Below are positions 9,629-18,197 of a stretch of DNA of 62,875 nt, in pieces. Within the stretch, counting starts at the first letter, position 1, and every line of letters begins with the position of its first letter. The notes beneath the pieces were generated by a model. The model searched no databases, was not told the DNA's origin, and worked only from the letters and a program-made list of their open reading frames with translations. The translations under genes and the position numbers were made by a program. This stretch comes from a virus. Taxonomy: Duplodnaviria > Caudoviricetes. Location of the stretch: the IMG/VR virus record IMGVR_UViG_3300015245_000040, positions 1-62,875 of that record, one strand, 5' to 3'.

Positions 9629-12600
9629 TTAGCTCGTCAATATTCCTTGCAAAAACGAGTTACTTACTGTCCAGCAGTTGTTACTCAAGTATATTACAAC
9701 TTGGGGCTAATCATTTCTGCTAGCCTCTACCTATTCCTAGGTAGCTCGGAGCACATCTTCCCTTCCGGGGTTGGCACATGCTCTCTACACACGCCCAGTA
9801 AGTTTGGACCTTACTTGCTTGGCTCGGTATTACCCGGTCTGGGCTTCCACCGAATTCGCCAACATTCCATCTAAGCCCTGGGCATTTCTACTTACTGCTT
9901 AGTGGCACAACCGAATCAGCACTCGTAAACTGATTCTTCTATGTTACCAGCCCACCCGATTAACCGTATCATCGCCAGAAATGTTATCGTTGACCTATTT
10001 ATGATCAACTTCTATATGTCACCATATAGCTCGGACTATATCATCCCTTTCGGGCCGGGCGCTCGTGGGCAGATTATTCTTTCGTCACTGCCTAGTCTCT
10101 AGACCTTTCACTGCCCTAGGGCCTGTAAGCCTTACATCAGTGACTTGGTACGGGATTGTCTCATTACTGAGGGTTTCCCCGTTTCACCCAGTTTGCAACT
10201 TATGCTTTTAATATTAACATAAGTGGGACTGCAAGTTGCTATCCTGATTTACGGAAAATCTATCTGGATCAAGTGGTACCATGTTACGCCTAGCATGGGG
10301 ACGCCAATAAATGTATTTCGTATTAAGGAAATACATAGTTGTGCTTGGAGTCCCGCCAACCGCTGTACCAGCCGCTGTCTGCGCTGGCAGTGGGTCGGTA
10401 CTGAAGCCCTGGAAGCCACCATCTAACACGACGTCAGCCTGCAGATACTTCAGGGTAGTAAACCCATACTCTGCCATGTCTGGGGCACGTCCCTCAGGCC
10501 CAATACGCTGAATGCTCTGTAAAGCATTCAGGTAATACCTATAGGTAACGTTATCAGCCACGATCAGGTCGGGGTAATCACGTCCACGCACCAGTTGCAC
10601 CCACAGCGCATCCATTTGTTGAAGGATGCTGGCTGAGCTAAGGGTTGTATTACCATTAGCAGATGCAGACCAGGCTTGGTTTTGCCAGAAGGTCCATCAA
10701 TTTTATATACTGTGCTTTACTGAACCCTGCTCCAACCCCTAACTGCATCTTCAAGTGATCCAACCCTGCTCTCCAACAGTATAACTCTGTTTTCAAGTGA
10801 GGCCACCCTTGATTCTATACCAGTCAGACGTAAGTTCAGAATTCCTATGTTATGGTTGACTTCAGCAAAGCTCCGTCTTACTTCCACATGAAAGTTATTA
10901 GTCGCAGCAGTAAGGGATTTCATCATTTCCACAACTTCATCGTCAGCCATTTTATACTCCTATATTTAAAACTTATTGTAATTGATGGCTTACGATCAGC
11001 ACAGTTTAATCTTTGTTATCATACCTGCTCTTTATCAGGTATTTCTACATATCACTATGTAGTTCGGACTATATCTTCCTTATTTCTAAGGCTGGACGCT
11101 CGTGTCAGGATTATTCTTTCGTCACCTGTTAGTCTCTGAACCTTCCACAACCCTAGGAACTTGTATGTTCTTACATTTGTGGCTTGGCTGCTGATTGTCT
11201 CTGAGAGAGTTTCCAGCAATTCATCCAGTTTTACAACGGCCTATCGACCGTTCATGAACGTGTCTTCCGCATTCATTACTCTTGATTCTAACAGATCAAT
11301 AATGGCTTCTTCCAATTTTGTTACCATACCGGCTTTTTATCCGATACTTCTGTATGTCGCCATACAGTTCAGCATATATCTTCAGGTAGTTTATTGGCTT
11401 TATGTAGATTATCAATTCCAACCATTACCTTCATATTCCATGGTACGTGCAATCCACTACATGTTTTACCGCGTAATGGATATATATGATCTACGTGATG
11501 CACAATACCAGTTTCTCTCGTGAGTCGTTGGGCTTCTTTGTATAAAGCCCCAATCTGATTCCAATGCTCATCAGTTAACCATCTTGGTATTCTTAGTTTC
11601 TTGGCTTCAGATCTACGTAAAGCATTAGCAATCACTTTTTCAGGGTTTGCTAATGCCCATTTTCTATGGGCTTCACGATAGAATTCTTGACGATCTGGGT
11701 TGTTTCTTGATGTTCTGCCATGCTTAATACGACTTTCAATTCCAAGACACCCACAACTTTGTGTGTGCCCACTTCTAACTGTATAATGTGATAGTTCAAC
11801 TTCACTACCACAATCACATTTAAAAGCCCAAATTGCTTCCCCACCGGGGGTAGACATCATATAAACAATAGCAGTTAGCCTACCAAACTTTTGTCCTGTT
11901 AAATCAAGTCTCATCGGCTTTGTATAAAGAGGGCATTGTTTACAGCAGAATTTCTGCTTGCCATTTCTTAAATACATAGCCCTAATAGGGACTTCATTTC
12001 CACAGTCACATCTACAAAGCCACCAAGCATTGTTATCCTTAGGATTTTTTACCTTCGTTAAGATTGTAAGAAACCCTGACTTCTTACCTGTTAAATCTGG
12101 GGCAATGCCTCTAGTCATTTACTACCTGCCGGGAGCTCGTGGTGGGGTTATTCTTTCGTCACCCACTATGCGTTACACCTTCATCAGCCCTAAGTCAATA
12201 GTTGACTATACATCTGATGCTTGGCTCGGTATTGTCTCTATTTCTAGAGAGTTTCACCGAATTCACCCGGTTAAGTGGCAAAACTTCTACCACTATTTTG
12301 CAGTTCCTCTAGACCACTGATAGAGACAGCCACTGCGGCCTGCCTGATTGGATACTCCGCCGCAGAAAACACCTGCGAAGGAGCGATATTGAGGGATTGA
12401 TAGCCGCTATCAATTTTGTTCTTTACAGGAGTTTTTTATCACCTGTATCTACCTGTCCCCAAGTAGATCAGCATACCTCTTCAGCCTGTGCGCTGGCGGG
12501 CGCTCGTGGAAGGATTATTCTTTCGTCACCTTCTATGCGTTACACCTTCTACTGCCCTGGGACTTGTAAGCCTTACATCAGTAGCTCGGCTCGGTATTAC

Positions 12601-12846
12601 CCGGTCTGGGCTTCCACCGAATTCACCCGCTTAAGTGGCAATTGCGGCTTCTCACCACTGGAACGTTTGGTTATCTGCGTAATTCAGTTCCTGGACAATT
12701 GTTCGTCCACCACTAAATGTCTTCAGATTTCCACGCCGCGTTAACCTAAGCAACGTGGCGTTGTTCCTTGACATATTATCGGCTAATTCCCCAGTCCTAT
12801 TTCGTAACGTAGTTGTTACGATTTCTGACAAATTGGGAAATGCCAT
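9629..12846 (-). CDS. Major capsid protein, split by five group I introns (exons 12846-12654, 12410-12289, 11312-11247, 10697-10241, 9975-9941, 9671-9629)
   Basis: Exons translate to MAFPNLSEIVTTTLRNR...NQTFQW|YSGYQSLNIAPSQVFSAAEYPIRQAAVAVSISGLEELQNSG|EEAIIDLLESRVMNAEDTFMNG|[gap]WTFWQNQ...DRFSVNQD|AMIRLIGWAGN|MTVSNSFLQGILTS*; four of the five junctions restore frame exactly. Confidence 0.9.
9672..9940 (-). mobile_element. Group I intron 5 (269 nt, no ORF)
   Basis: Exon ends in U (AAC AT|), intron ends AACAACTGCTG; core GAATTCGGTGGAA...AATACCGAGCCAAG, GAGAGCAT/ATGTGCTCC; splicing restores ATG ACA GTA. Confidence 0.88.
9976..10240 (-). mobile_element. Group I intron 4 (265 nt, no ORF)
   Basis: GAT|agc...AACATTTCTG|GCG; canonical P7 AGAGACTA...GATATAGTCC; P1 GGAT/GTCC. 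Confidence 0.92.
10698..11246 (-). mobile_element. Group I intron 3 (about 549 nt) with 3' insertion carrying a non-nuclease ORF
   Basis: P1 AACGGT/GCCGTT; AATTGCTGGAAA, AATCAGCAGCCAAG, TTCAGAGACTA, AAGATATAGTCC; ends AAAATTG like introns 1 and 2; 3' boundary less certain. Confidence 0.8.
10717..10950 (-). CDS. Intron-borne 77-aa coiled-coil protein
   Basis: AGGAG RBS; repeated (L/I)ExRV heptads; no nuclease motif. Confidence 0.7.
   Translation of the reverse strand: MADDEVVEMMKSLTAATNNFHVEVRRSFAEVNHNIGILNLRLTGIESRVASLENRVILLESRVGSLEDAVRGWSRVQ
11313..12288 (-). mobile_element. Group I intron 2 (976 nt) with homing endonuclease ORF
   Basis: GGT|aga...AACAAAATTG|GAA; P1 AGTGGT/GCCACT; ORF looped out by stem CAGGTAGT/ACTACCTG. 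Confidence 0.93.
11369..12118 (-). CDS. Intron-encoded HNH homing endonuclease
   Basis: Two DLTGxKxGxLT...WxCxCDCG repeats plus HHVDHIYPLRGKTCSGLHVPWN HNH domain. Confidence 0.9.
   Translation of the reverse strand: MTRGIAPDLTGKKSGFLTILTKVKNPKDNNAWWLCRCDCGNEVPIRAMYLRNGKQKFCCKQCPLYTKPMRLDLTGQKFGRLTAIVYMMSTPGGEAIWAFKCDCGSEVELSHYTVRSGHTQSCGCLGIESRIKHGRTSRNNPDRQEFYREAHRKWALANPEKVIANALRRSEAKKLRIPRWLTDEHWNQIGALYKEAQRLTRETGIVHHVDHIYPLRGKTCSGLHVPWNMKVMVGIDNLHKANKLPEDIC
12411..12653 (-). mobile_element. Group I intron 1 (243 nt, no ORF)
   Basis: TGG T|gag...AACAAAATTG|AT AGC; P1 AGTGGT/GCCACT, P10 AGCCGC/GCGGCT; variant P7 GCATA/TATGC. Confidence 0.92.
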
Positions 12847-13035
12847 ATCATTTTACCTTTTCAAACAGCAAATTCTTTAGGGGTTTATCTGTTTAAGCCT
12901 ACCGCACTGCCACTGCCAAGACCCTTGTAGGGTTCCCAGTGTCAGACCGTACCGCTTACCAACAGCATTACGGCGTTGTCCAGCTATGGGACTGAATCCT
13001 GTCAGACTCACCTGTTGCCGCCAACAGGGTTTGTA
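12847..13035 (-). promoter_or_regulatory. Structured 5' leader of the capsid gene
   Basis: GC-rich non-coding stretch with several hairpins (CCTGTTG/CAACAGG, TGAGTCT/GGATTCA, AAACAG/CTGTTT). Confidence 0.5.
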
Positions 13036-13040
13036 GAATG

Positions 13041-13069
13041 AAATTAGCCCTTAATAATCTTGTTGTCAA
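13041..13069 (-). promoter_or_regulatory. Putative sigma70-type promoter for the capsid gene
   Basis: TTGACA (13069-13064), 17 nt, then TAATTT. Confidence 0.5.
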
Positions 13070-13083
13070 TCCTCATGTATCAA

Positions 13084-14085
13084 TTACATTCCCATCATTG
13101 CCAGATTAAACCCAGGGATATTTATTGCTGGAGTATAAGTAATGACAATAATACCTTGACCACCATTACCACCATTACCAGTAGTGGTACTAGCTGTATT
13201 GCCACCGCCACCACCGCCGCCTCCATAATTTCCAGCATTACCACCAACAGCGCCTTGACCACCTGGAGATATATGAGAACCACCACCACCACCTGAACTA
13301 GGTCCAGCATTTACACCACCTGGACTCGATGTCCACAGTGTCTCAAAACTGCCAGTACCTCCAGTAGCTGTAGTTGTAGTACTTCCACCTGCACCGCCAC
13401 CACCATTGGAACCATTACCACCAGGAGCGGTACCACCACCGGAACCTGATCTATTGTTTCCACCAGCACCACCTGTTCCAGTAGTTGTACTTGCACCTGC
13501 AGATCCATTGTCAGCGCCACCGCCACCACCACCGCCTTGTTGAGTAGAAGGAGTTGAAGCAGCACCGCCAGCAGCACCATTACCATGAGGTCCAGCGGCC
13601 CCACCACCGGCACCACCACCGGTTACGAAAGTTGCATTTTCAACACCTGAACCGCCGTTGCCACCTGAATTCTTAACAGTACCTGTGCCAGATCCAGCAG
13701 CTCCTCCAGTACCTCCAGTACCTGGATTATTAACGCCACCAGCGCCACCACCTTTAGCTAAACAAGCAGTTGTAGAATTATCGTCTTGTTTTATAGAACT
13801 ATCACCGCCTGCAACACCTGCTGTATTATCTGCAGTAGCTCCAGTACCACCTACTCCAATAGTATAACTTCTACTAGCACCAGGAGTATAAGTTTGGTTT
13901 GAAACAGAAGAATAAGCGCCACCTGCACCACCGCCACCACCTGCAAATGGTGATGCTGCTTGCTGTCTTGCTCCTCCACCACCAGCACCAATAACTTCAA
14001 TAGTATTATTAGCGTTGTTCCAATCAGCAGGAACAGTCCAATTATTAGTGCCAGTTGTAGTGAGAAAAATAACAGTGGCGACCAT
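13084..14085 (-). CDS. Glycine-rich virion protein
   Basis: WTVPADWN...IEVIGAGGGG...GGQGIIVITY glycine-rich domain. Confidence 0.75.
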   Translation of the reverse strand: MVATVIFLTTTGTNNWTVPADWNNANNTIEVIGAGGGGARQQAASPFAGGGGGAGGAYSSVSNQTYTPGASRSYTIGVGGTGATADNTAGVAGGDSSIKQDDNSTTACLAKGGGAGGVNNPGTGGTGGAAGSGTGTVKNSGGNGGSGVENATFVTGGGAGGGAAGPHGNGAAGGAASTPSTQQGGGGGGGADNGSAGASTTTGTGGAGGNNRSGSGGGTAPGGNGSNGGGGAGGSTTTTATGGTGSFETLWTSSPGGVNAGPSSGGGGGSHISPGGQGAVGGNAGNYGGGGGGGGNTASTTTGNGGNGGQGIIVITYTPAINIPGFNLAMMGM

Positions 14086-15338
14086 TATTGAAGAGCTTTT
14101 ATTAGATAAGTAGAAATAGAATTGATTCGTCTTACTGACACAATAAATTTATTGGTATTAGTTGTAGTTAATGCATCCCCTGTAGTACCTACAGTAAATG
14201 TAGAAAATGTAATAGCACCTGCAGAAGCACCATTAGTTATAAGAATATCAATAGCAGAATCTGCAGCAGGATTAGCAAAAGTATGTGCTCCATTATTAGT
14301 ATAGAATTGATAGTTCCCATTAGCAGCACTAGGAGTGAATGTTCCAGAAGAAACAGTACCACCATTGAATGGTGTAATAGTATATCCGATAGTTATCGTA
14401 TTAGTAGTACCAGGTTTAAGAACAGTTGCTCCGGCGGTAGCAGTAATAGCAGTAGTTCCACTACCTGTTATATCTCCTGATAGAGTTATCGTCTGATTAC
14501 CAGTAAGATAATTTTGATTGGTTGCCGCAGTAACTAAACCTTTAGCATTCACTGCAATACCTTGAAAAGTACCAACATTAGCATTAACCGTAGCTAACGT
14601 AGTAGCAACAGTTCCAACTGTTGTAGTTATATCTCCAGTAAGAGCTGGTAGTCTTCCTGCTGGTAATGTACCAGAACTAATATTTGCTGCATTAGTTGTA
14701 TCAGTAGTGGCTGACGTAGCTAAGGTGGTCCACGTCATAGCCGTAGTCCCACCAGCCTGAGATGTCAGGACTTGATTAGCTGTTCCAGCAGTGATTGGAA
14801 GATTAAAATTAAATGTTCCAGCAGCCGGTACCACTTTAACTGATACAGTTCCACTTGTTGAGCCTGAAATATTTATCTGTCCCCCATTACCACTATTTAC
14901 TCCAAGGGTAATCTGAGGAACAGATCCTGTCCAGCTATGGGCACCAGTCCATGTAGGAATTATAGACTGAGATAAAACCGGGGCTGCATCAGACCGCATT
15001 CCTGTAGTGGCAACACCATTTACAGCAGCCAAACCAACAGAAGCAGTTGGGTTAGCAAAGGAACTCGCTGATGGAGAGGCAAAGGTACCATCTGCCCTAA
15101 GGAAATTAGTTGTTCCTCCCCCTGATGCAGGAACTGCCCCTGATAAAATACTACTAAAAACATTAATTTGAGCCGTTAGTTGAATCTTATTATATTCACC
15201 TAGGGTACCTGCATTATCATAAAGTACTTGCCCTGTTGAACCTCCTGTGATTTCAGTGGTCCCAACATCTAACGATGCTTCTTCAGGCTCAGTAACAGTC
15301 TGCCCTAATGCTTCAAAACCTGTAGAACCAAGTGCCAT
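14085..15338 (-). CDS. Tail fibre-like protein
   Basis: Thr/Gly-rich; GGGTTNFLRADGTFA, ISSGTLPAGRL and VNAKGLVTAA motifs typical of tail fibres. Confidence 0.75.
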   Translation of the reverse strand: MALGSTGFEALGQTVTEPEEASLDVGTTEITGGSTGQVLYDNAGTLGEYNKIQLTAQINVFSSILSGAVPASGGGTTNFLRADGTFASPSASSFANPTASVGLAAVNGVATTGMRSDAAPVLSQSIIPTWTGAHSWTGSVPQITLGVNSGNGGQINISGSTSGTVSVKVVPAAGTFNFNLPITAGTANQVLTSQAGGTTAMTWTTLATSATTDTTNAANISSGTLPAGRLPALTGDITTTVGTVATTLATVNANVGTFQGIAVNAKGLVTAATNQNYLTGNQTITLSGDITGSGTTAITATAGATVLKPGTTNTITIGYTITPFNGGTVSSGTFTPSAANGNYQFYTNNGAHTFANPAADSAIDILITNGASAGAITFSTFTVGTTGDALTTTNTNKFIVSVRRINSISTYLIKALQ

Positions 15339-15355
15339 TTATAATAATCCATATC

Positions 15356-15694
15356 TCATGGCCAAGTACAGCACCCAAGATGGGCTGATCCAGAAATGTA
15401 CCCTGTCACCACTAACCGCAAACCTGTTATAGGAAATCCAATATTACCATTCTGGGATGTGGTCTGATTTACTAAAGAATCATGACTATTCCAATAACCA
15501 TCAGCATTAGGTGATGGATCGGTAGTTAATTCTACTGTATAACTCAACGATGCCCCATTAGAAACAGTTACAGCAATACCTAATCCCCACGCAGGGGATA
15601 ATCCCATAGACTGACTAAACCCTAAAATAGGACTGACAAGAATTATGGATGATATACCATTTGATGTTAAAGTCTTCCCATTTAATCCACCCAT
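15356..15694 (-). CDS. Probable small virion protein
   Basis: 112-aa beta-rich ORF. Confidence 0.6.
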   Translation of the reverse strand: MGGLNGKTLTSNGISSIILVSPILGFSQSMGLSPAWGLGIAVTVSNGASLSYTVELTTDPSPNADGYWNSHDSLVNQTTSQNGNIGFPITGLRLVVTGYISGSAHLGCCTWP

Positions 15695-16230
15695 TACCCA
15701 CCCCTCATAAATTGATTTCTTTGAATTGCATCAGTATAAGTAGAATATTCATGTTCGTCAACAGCTCTCTGATAACCACGTTGTTCTGATTGTCTAATTA
15801 TTTCATACTCACGTGTTCTTAACTGATTTAATTGAGCCTGAATTAATTTCTCGGCTTCTTTTAATTGCCCTACGCTTGCCTCTAACCTTTTTATTTCATC
15901 TTCCCTTGTTTGTAAATCCCGATCCTTGAATTTAAGCTTTTGTTCTATTTCTACACATTTGTCTTCTCGATCTGATATAATCTGTTCCCTATAGTCAAGA
16001 GTATTTACCTTACTTTTAATTTCTTCTAGTCTGGTATTAGATTCTTGATTTAATTTCTTCCAAAACAAATCAAATATACAAGAATCACAAACATGTACTA
16101 ATCCTGTAGGATTATTCTTCTTTAAAAGAATTATTTCCAATCCTAATTCACCAATAATATTTTCCCAACGACGTGTTGTAACTGCATTGCATATACTTGA
16201 GCATACATCACAAAAGAATTTTACAGACAT
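15694..16230 (-). CDS. Zn-finger plus coiled-coil protein
   Basis: CDVC...CDSC followed by coiled coil. Confidence 0.65.
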   Translation of the reverse strand: MSVKFFCDVCSSICNAVTTRRWENIIGELGLEIILLKKNNPTGLVHVCDSCIFDLFWKKLNQESNTRLEEIKSKVNTLDYREQIISDREDKCVEIEQKLKFKDRDLQTREDEIKRLEASVGQLKEAEKLIQAQLNQLRTREYEIIRQSEQRGYQRAVDEHEYSTYTDAIQRNQFMRGG

Positions 16231-16238
16231 TTTTCACC

Positions 16239-16568
16239 TTAGTTTAATCCATGTTTAGACGGCTTCTCATCTGGTTCCTCACCATCTAATTCATGTTCTT
16301 CAATCTCAAGCCAGTCACAAAGTTCTTTCCTTGAACTAAAGAATTGCCACATCATCTTATTTTCATCTTTTGGTGGGTTGGTTACATTTGTGATCTTCAT
16401 ATCAGCCACATTAACCACCACCATGACAGCCCCAGCACTTGGCTTAATTTCTATTAGATAAAAACCATTTCCTAAATTTACCTTTACACATCCATGTTGT
16501 GTATCTTCATCCCTGTGATTGAAAATCATAAACCACTTTCCAACCAAATCATCAGCCATTACATTCAA
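16239..16568 (-). CDS. Hypothetical protein
   Basis: 109-aa ORF; start may be ATG 16559. Confidence 0.6.
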   Translation of the reverse strand: MNVMADDLVGKWFMIFNHRDEDTQHGCVKVNLGNGFYLIEIKPSAGAVMVVVNVADMKITNVTNPPKDENKMMWQFFSSRKELCDWLEIEEHELDGEEPDEKPSKHGLN

Positions 16569-16622
16569 CCCTCATTGCCAATTCAAATATACCCAATAAT
16601 TATAGATAATTCAAACAAACTT

Positions 16623-16940
16623 GTTGCCTGCTCTCATTGAGCAAAGTATGTAAAGGGCAAGGCAATGCATGAAGGTAAACACCACAGAGACATGAAACCA
16701 TAGAAATAGCTCAGTTGGTAGAGCGCAAGTCTTGAGAACTTGATGGCGCAGGTTCAAATCCTGCTTTCATACAATCAGGGGCTAAGTCCCCTTCAAGGGT
16801 GCAAGGCTAAAGGTTCTAGGATGTAAGGTTTATATCCGGCAAGTGGGCTAGGGTTAAGCGTATAGACAGCGATCAAAATGACCTGGGATAAGTTTAGTAT
16901 CATGACAAAGTGGACTTCCCAGGCTTCTCATGCAGGTGAC
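16623..16940 (+). ncRNA. Putative structured ncRNA containing a tRNA-like domain (16700-16772)
   Basis: Closing stem GTTGCCTGC/GCAGGTGAC; internal hairpins; tRNA-like TAGCTCAGTTGGTAGAGC...GGTTCAAATCC with loop CT-TGA-GA, weak acceptor stem, no CCA. Confidence 0.55.
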
Positions 16941-16960
16941 CTTAACTAGGGGTAAGTAGA

Positions 16961-17482
16961 ATGCCTAAGATTATAGAAGCCATGAAGCGGATAAAGAGCA
17001 ACAAGGAAAAGATTGCTGATCTTCAGGCACGTATTGCTGAGGTATCAGCACACCTAAGCCATGAAACCCCTAAATACGGTACTCAGACCGAAACAACCGC
17101 TTCTATACGTGAATGGTCTCAAAGTATTCATGACACCATTCAGGAAAACATCAGACTGTTAACAGCTATTTCTAGAACTAATTTAGAAACAATGGCTACT
17201 ATCACTATTAATGATAGATCTGTTACCCAGTCTCTGGCTAGATGGATCTGGCGTAGGCGTGAGTATGCTGCACTGGACCTTATCACTTGGCAAAAGATGA
17301 CTGATCGTAATCTGAAAGAAGGAATGATGCCAAGTTCAACGGGCATTCCTCAGCCGGTTACTATAGTTAGGAACTATGATCCCAATGAACGGGATCGTAA
17401 AATTGCTGAATATAAGAGTGAAGCTCATGAAATTGATGCTACACTTGAAGTGATCAATGCGGTAACTGATCTGATAGAGTAA
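16961..17482 (+). CDS. Helical conserved hypothetical protein
   Basis: 173-aa ORF MPKIIEAMKRIK...EIDATLEVINAVTDLIE. Confidence 0.75.
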   Translation: MPKIIEAMKRIKSNKEKIADLQARIAEVSAHLSHETPKYGTQTETTASIREWSQSIHDTIQENIRLLTAISRTNLETMATITINDRSVTQSLARWIWRRREYAALDLITWQKMTDRNLKEGMMPSSTGIPQPVTIVRNYDPNERDRKIAEYKSEAHEIDATLEVINAVTDLIE

Positions 17483-17518
17483 GCCTTGTAAACATTGCTG
17501 GCGATGTAGCCGCCCTGT

Positions 17519-17596
17519 GCCCCATTAGCTCAAATTGGTAGAGCATTTCTTTTGTAAGGAAAAGGTTGCAGGTTCAAATCCATGCATGGGGCACCA
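17519..17596 (+). tRNA. tRNA-Thr(TGT)
   Basis: Cloverleaf GCCCCAT/ATGGGGC, loop TT-TGT-AA, GGTTCAAATC, encoded CCA. Confidence 0.85.
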
Positions 17597-18088
17597 ATGC
17601 TTTTATGTAAACAATGTGGGATAAAAGAAGCAAAAATACTGTTCTGCTCACGTCAATGTGCTGCAACGTTCAATAATCTCAAAAGGGGTGACAAAAATAG
17701 AAAAAATTGCCTTTGGTGCAATAATAAAACTTTAAATAAAATGTTTTGTTCCTATGAATGCACAAATTCATCCAAGAAATTTAGAAATAACGAAAAGTTT
17801 CTACAAGCATTAAAAGAAGGTTTTGTTATAGATGAAGATAAAATGAAAGAGTTGATCATTTTGACCAAAGGTAGGAAATGTCAAGTATGCAATTTAGATA
17901 CTTGGAATGGAAAACCTATACCACTTGAACTTGATCATATAGATGGAAATTCAGAAAATAGAATCCCTGAAAATTACAGAATAATATGTCCTAATTGCCA
18001 CGCGCAAACACCTACTTTTAAAGGAAAGAATCGGGGAAATGGCAGATATAAACGGGCAGAAAGATATCGACAAAATAAAAGTTTCTAA
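17597..18088 (+). CDS. HNH endonuclease with N-terminal Zn fingers
   Basis: CxxC/FCS repeats; LELDHIDGNSENRIPENYRIICPNCH; ATG immediately after the tRNA CCA. Confidence 0.9.
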   Translation: MLLCKQCGIKEAKILFCSRQCAATFNNLKRGDKNRKNCLWCNNKTLNKMFCSYECTNSSKKFRNNEKFLQALKEGFVIDEDKMKELIILTKGRKCQVCNLDTWNGKPIPLELDHIDGNSENRIPENYRIICPNCHAQTPTFKGKNRGNGRYKRAERYRQNKSF

Positions 18089-18122
18089 TCGCAGAGCCAT
18101 GTTCGATTCCTAGACAAGGCAC

Positions 18123-18197
18123 GGGCTGATAGTGATAATGGGAGCACACTGGTCCTGCAAACCGGAAGTCAGAGTTCGATCCTCTGTCAGTCCACCA
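18123..18197 (+). tRNA. tRNA-Ala(TGC)
   Basis: G3:U70 acceptor pair, loop CC-TGC-AA, CCA end. Confidence 0.85.

Larger units (their letters stand above)
17483..18121 (+). pseudogene. Split tRNA-Thr(TGT) remnant: 5' half 17483-17518, 3' half about 18087-18121
   Basis: Acceptor GCCTTGT (17483) pairs with ACAAGGC-A (18114-18121); 5' half ends CCTGT; 3' half has GTTCGATTC. Confidence 0.7.

Noticed and set aside
9302-12744. Plus-strand ORFs over the capsid and intron region
   Set aside because: Antisense to the HNH genes, exons and ribozyme cores; no recognisable protein features.
12847-13035. Location of the missing capsid exon or a hammerhead ribozyme
   Set aside because: No LSQGIY/GGIDR-like translation and no CUGANGA...GAAA core seen.
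18123-18197. Reading this tRNA as Cys(GCA)
   Set aside because: The 7-nt loop centres on TGC, and G3:U70 marks alanine identity.
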